Part shown: positions 61,615-64,000 of the stretch, in pieces
How positions within the stretch are numbered: position 1 is the first letter of the stretch
Layout: every line of letters starts with the position of its first letter
Assembly: GCF_040938485.1 (NCBI RefSeq)
Contig: NW_027271374.1
Span: forward strand, 558,001 to 622,000
Origin: Diadema antillarum
Lineage: Eukaryota
Length of the DNA stretch: 64,000 nt
Direction: 5' to 3'
Notes under the pieces: model-generated
Seen by the model: only the letters and a program-made list of their open reading frames with translations
The model's database searches: none
What the model was told of the DNA's origin: nothing
Program-made: the position numbers and the translations under genes

Positions 61615-64000
61615 CATGATATGCTTCTTTATTCTAACTTCGTCCCCAACTTGTCTACCACCCTGACTCTCACGACGCCTTCTCCGTGAACCTTGGCGCG
61701 TCTAGTCTGGTCTCCTGACCTTCTCGTGTGTAGCTGTCTAAATTTTCATTTTATAACACAGGTTACACCAAACTCCTCGGTTACACCAAGTTCCACGACT
61801 CCCCCTGGCAGGTGGGAGAGGTAAGTCCCACATCCCCGCTTGAGGAGAAGTGCAAGAAAGTCGAACACTCCCAAAATAGCGATTCAAGAAAGATTCAGAA
61901 AAAAAAGAAAACAGGTTGGGAAGGTAGACTAACTTTATAAGATAATACATAATCAAAAAAGATATCCGAAAAGCTCTCACATCCTTGTACACTTGTTACG
62001 AGTGAAGCTTGCGTTATCTGCACGATGATTGGTGGGCCGACTAGACGGACCGAACATCGACTTCAACAGGCACCTGTCGAAAGTTGCATTGCGCGTGCGC
62101 AGCACAACTTCTGCGGCAAACTTTCTGGTACAGTGGTAGAGTCTTCCATCCAGTGCAAAACCAGATCCCTGCCTCCACCTCCTCTTCAGTTACCATTCTC
62201 GCGGAGTTTGCCGGTGTCCTAAGCCACCATCATCAAAGCTGCGACACATCTATCCAGCTAGTTGGGTGAGGCATTATTGGATATTTAGCGACACGAAATC
62301 GCAAAGTTTCCGCAGCCTTCGACCAAAATTCTGGGAGGAAACCGCAATAACTGTTCTCAGTTATTACCAGTAATAACCTGATTGTCCAGTTAGTTACATC
62401 AGACGGGTGAGTAAGATGCATTTTTCAGAACTGTTAACTAGCTAATTGTTGCTTGGACAGACGTAATAATTGTTATGTATAGCAGATTTAAAAGGCATTT
62501 TCTTTGATCAATTCCCGTAATCAGCAATGTTCGTTCGATCCTCTTAAAGGCAAAGTAGAGCGAATTCTTCGCACCAAATGAAGAAGATGAAGAAAAAGAG
62601 ATGCCGTCATCGTATATCTGTCTGAAGAGCATGTGCTAGCATTTCCTGGTATGACATTAAACCTGGCAAACTCATTGGTATCATGCAAAGAAGTATAATT
62701 TCCCTTTATTCGAAGAAAAAACAAACAAGCATGTAAATGTTTCCAAACAAATCCACGCGAGAATTCTCTCTGTTTGGCATAGCGTAAAGTTTATGCAACT
62801 TCGATGAAACATACCACCTCAGCTCAGAATTCGGTCGATGCAACTACACTGAATGTGTGTATGGGTATGCTTGTTATCTTAACTGCATGTAACCTTACAT
62901 TGGCATTGGTGATTAGATACTTATCAACTGTAGTCGTGGATAACTTTTCTTTTAAACAAACCTCGCTCCTGTACTGACCCGTTATTGTGAAATAATCGTG
63001 GCTATGATAGAGTTGTCTCGATTCGCCAAAAACATAGAAAACTTTCAACCGCCATACGCGTGATAATGGTGTTCCCTGTGTATTCCCATGTGCTGGAATA
63101 GACAAGAATATATCACTTTAAGAAATTACAAGTTCATGAATTTGCTCAAGTCTTAATTCAGCGCTTTAGAGCAATAATTCATTTCTAAGGTTGGAGTAAT
63201 ACGTAATTTCCATGTCGAAGAAACGGTTGACATATATAGGTAATCTGTTCCTCTAAGTAAATAACACGTGTTATCATGACAGCCGATTAAGGCAAGGGGG
63301 CCATCAAACCGAGTGATATACCATAATATGAAACGTTTAAAATACAACTATAAGATGGTCGTGCTTCTAACAATAAACTTGGGAGTAAAAGAAAGATCTC
63401 CTGTGGCAACAACAAAGTATACAATGTAGAACATAGTAAGATTATTTTGTCAAGTCACATTAGATATCAATCATCATGCATATTTCCTTGCTATTTATTG
63501 CGCATTCAGTAGTTGCGAAGTTAACCTCCAATAAAATGTTCATAATAGGGAACATATCAGGTCAGGGATGCGCCTCCATGTTTCATGTTTGGCGCGAAGA
63601 AGCACACAGGAGGGAAGCGAACGTCGTCGGCAAGTTTATTAAAATTGCTTGGTCAGATATTTTCTTCGTGGTTGCGTCATTACGTCATGATTCTCGGAAC
63701 AGGGTCATTCAAATGCCACGTTTTCAGAAAGTGGCCAAAACTTGTCGTAGCTAGGATGAGAGGAAAAGGGCTCAGCAGACAGGGTTTGAGAAGTCTTGTC
63801 TGGCGATTTTTTTTTAAATAGATAAATTGCAAAATAATCACAGAGGAAGATTGTGTGCTGACACTTCATGTGGTTCACACTGACCACGATATTTTCCAAA
63901 TGGATAGGCATACAATCCATGAGTTTGATTTCTTTGTGTCATCAAAATACATCTCAATTTCCATGAGAATGCAGACCAGTTTTTGGAAGGGTATAAGCAA

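Overview
Eukaryotic, AT-rich, intron-containing scaffold sequence with five N gaps. The repeat types and gene structures suggest an invertebrate deuterostome, probably an echinoderm (inference only). No rRNA, bona fide tRNA, CRISPR or other prokaryotic features were seen, and most ORFs in the supplied track are artefacts of repeats, antisense frames or gaps. The core is a minus-strand cluster of membrane-bound UDP-glycosyltransferase (UGT) genes at 20.3-43.9 kb. It contains two complete 4-exon genes (UGT-A, 537 aa; UGT-B, 538 aa) and two extra first exons with no exons 2-4 of their own: an intact one at 43070-43933 and a transposon-truncated one at 28753-29202. This gives a twice-repeated layout of two first exons plus one set of exons 2-4, resembling the vertebrate UGT1A variable-first-exon locus. 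A complete 4-exon SPCS3 gene (179 aa) lies head-to-head with the cluster on the plus strand at 47556-51943. The rest is a dense mosaic of MITEs (TTAA/Kolobok-like, Harbinger-like, Tc1/pogo-like, hAT-like, piggyBac-like), tRNA-derived SINEs, LINE 3' fragments and microsatellites, several of them nested.
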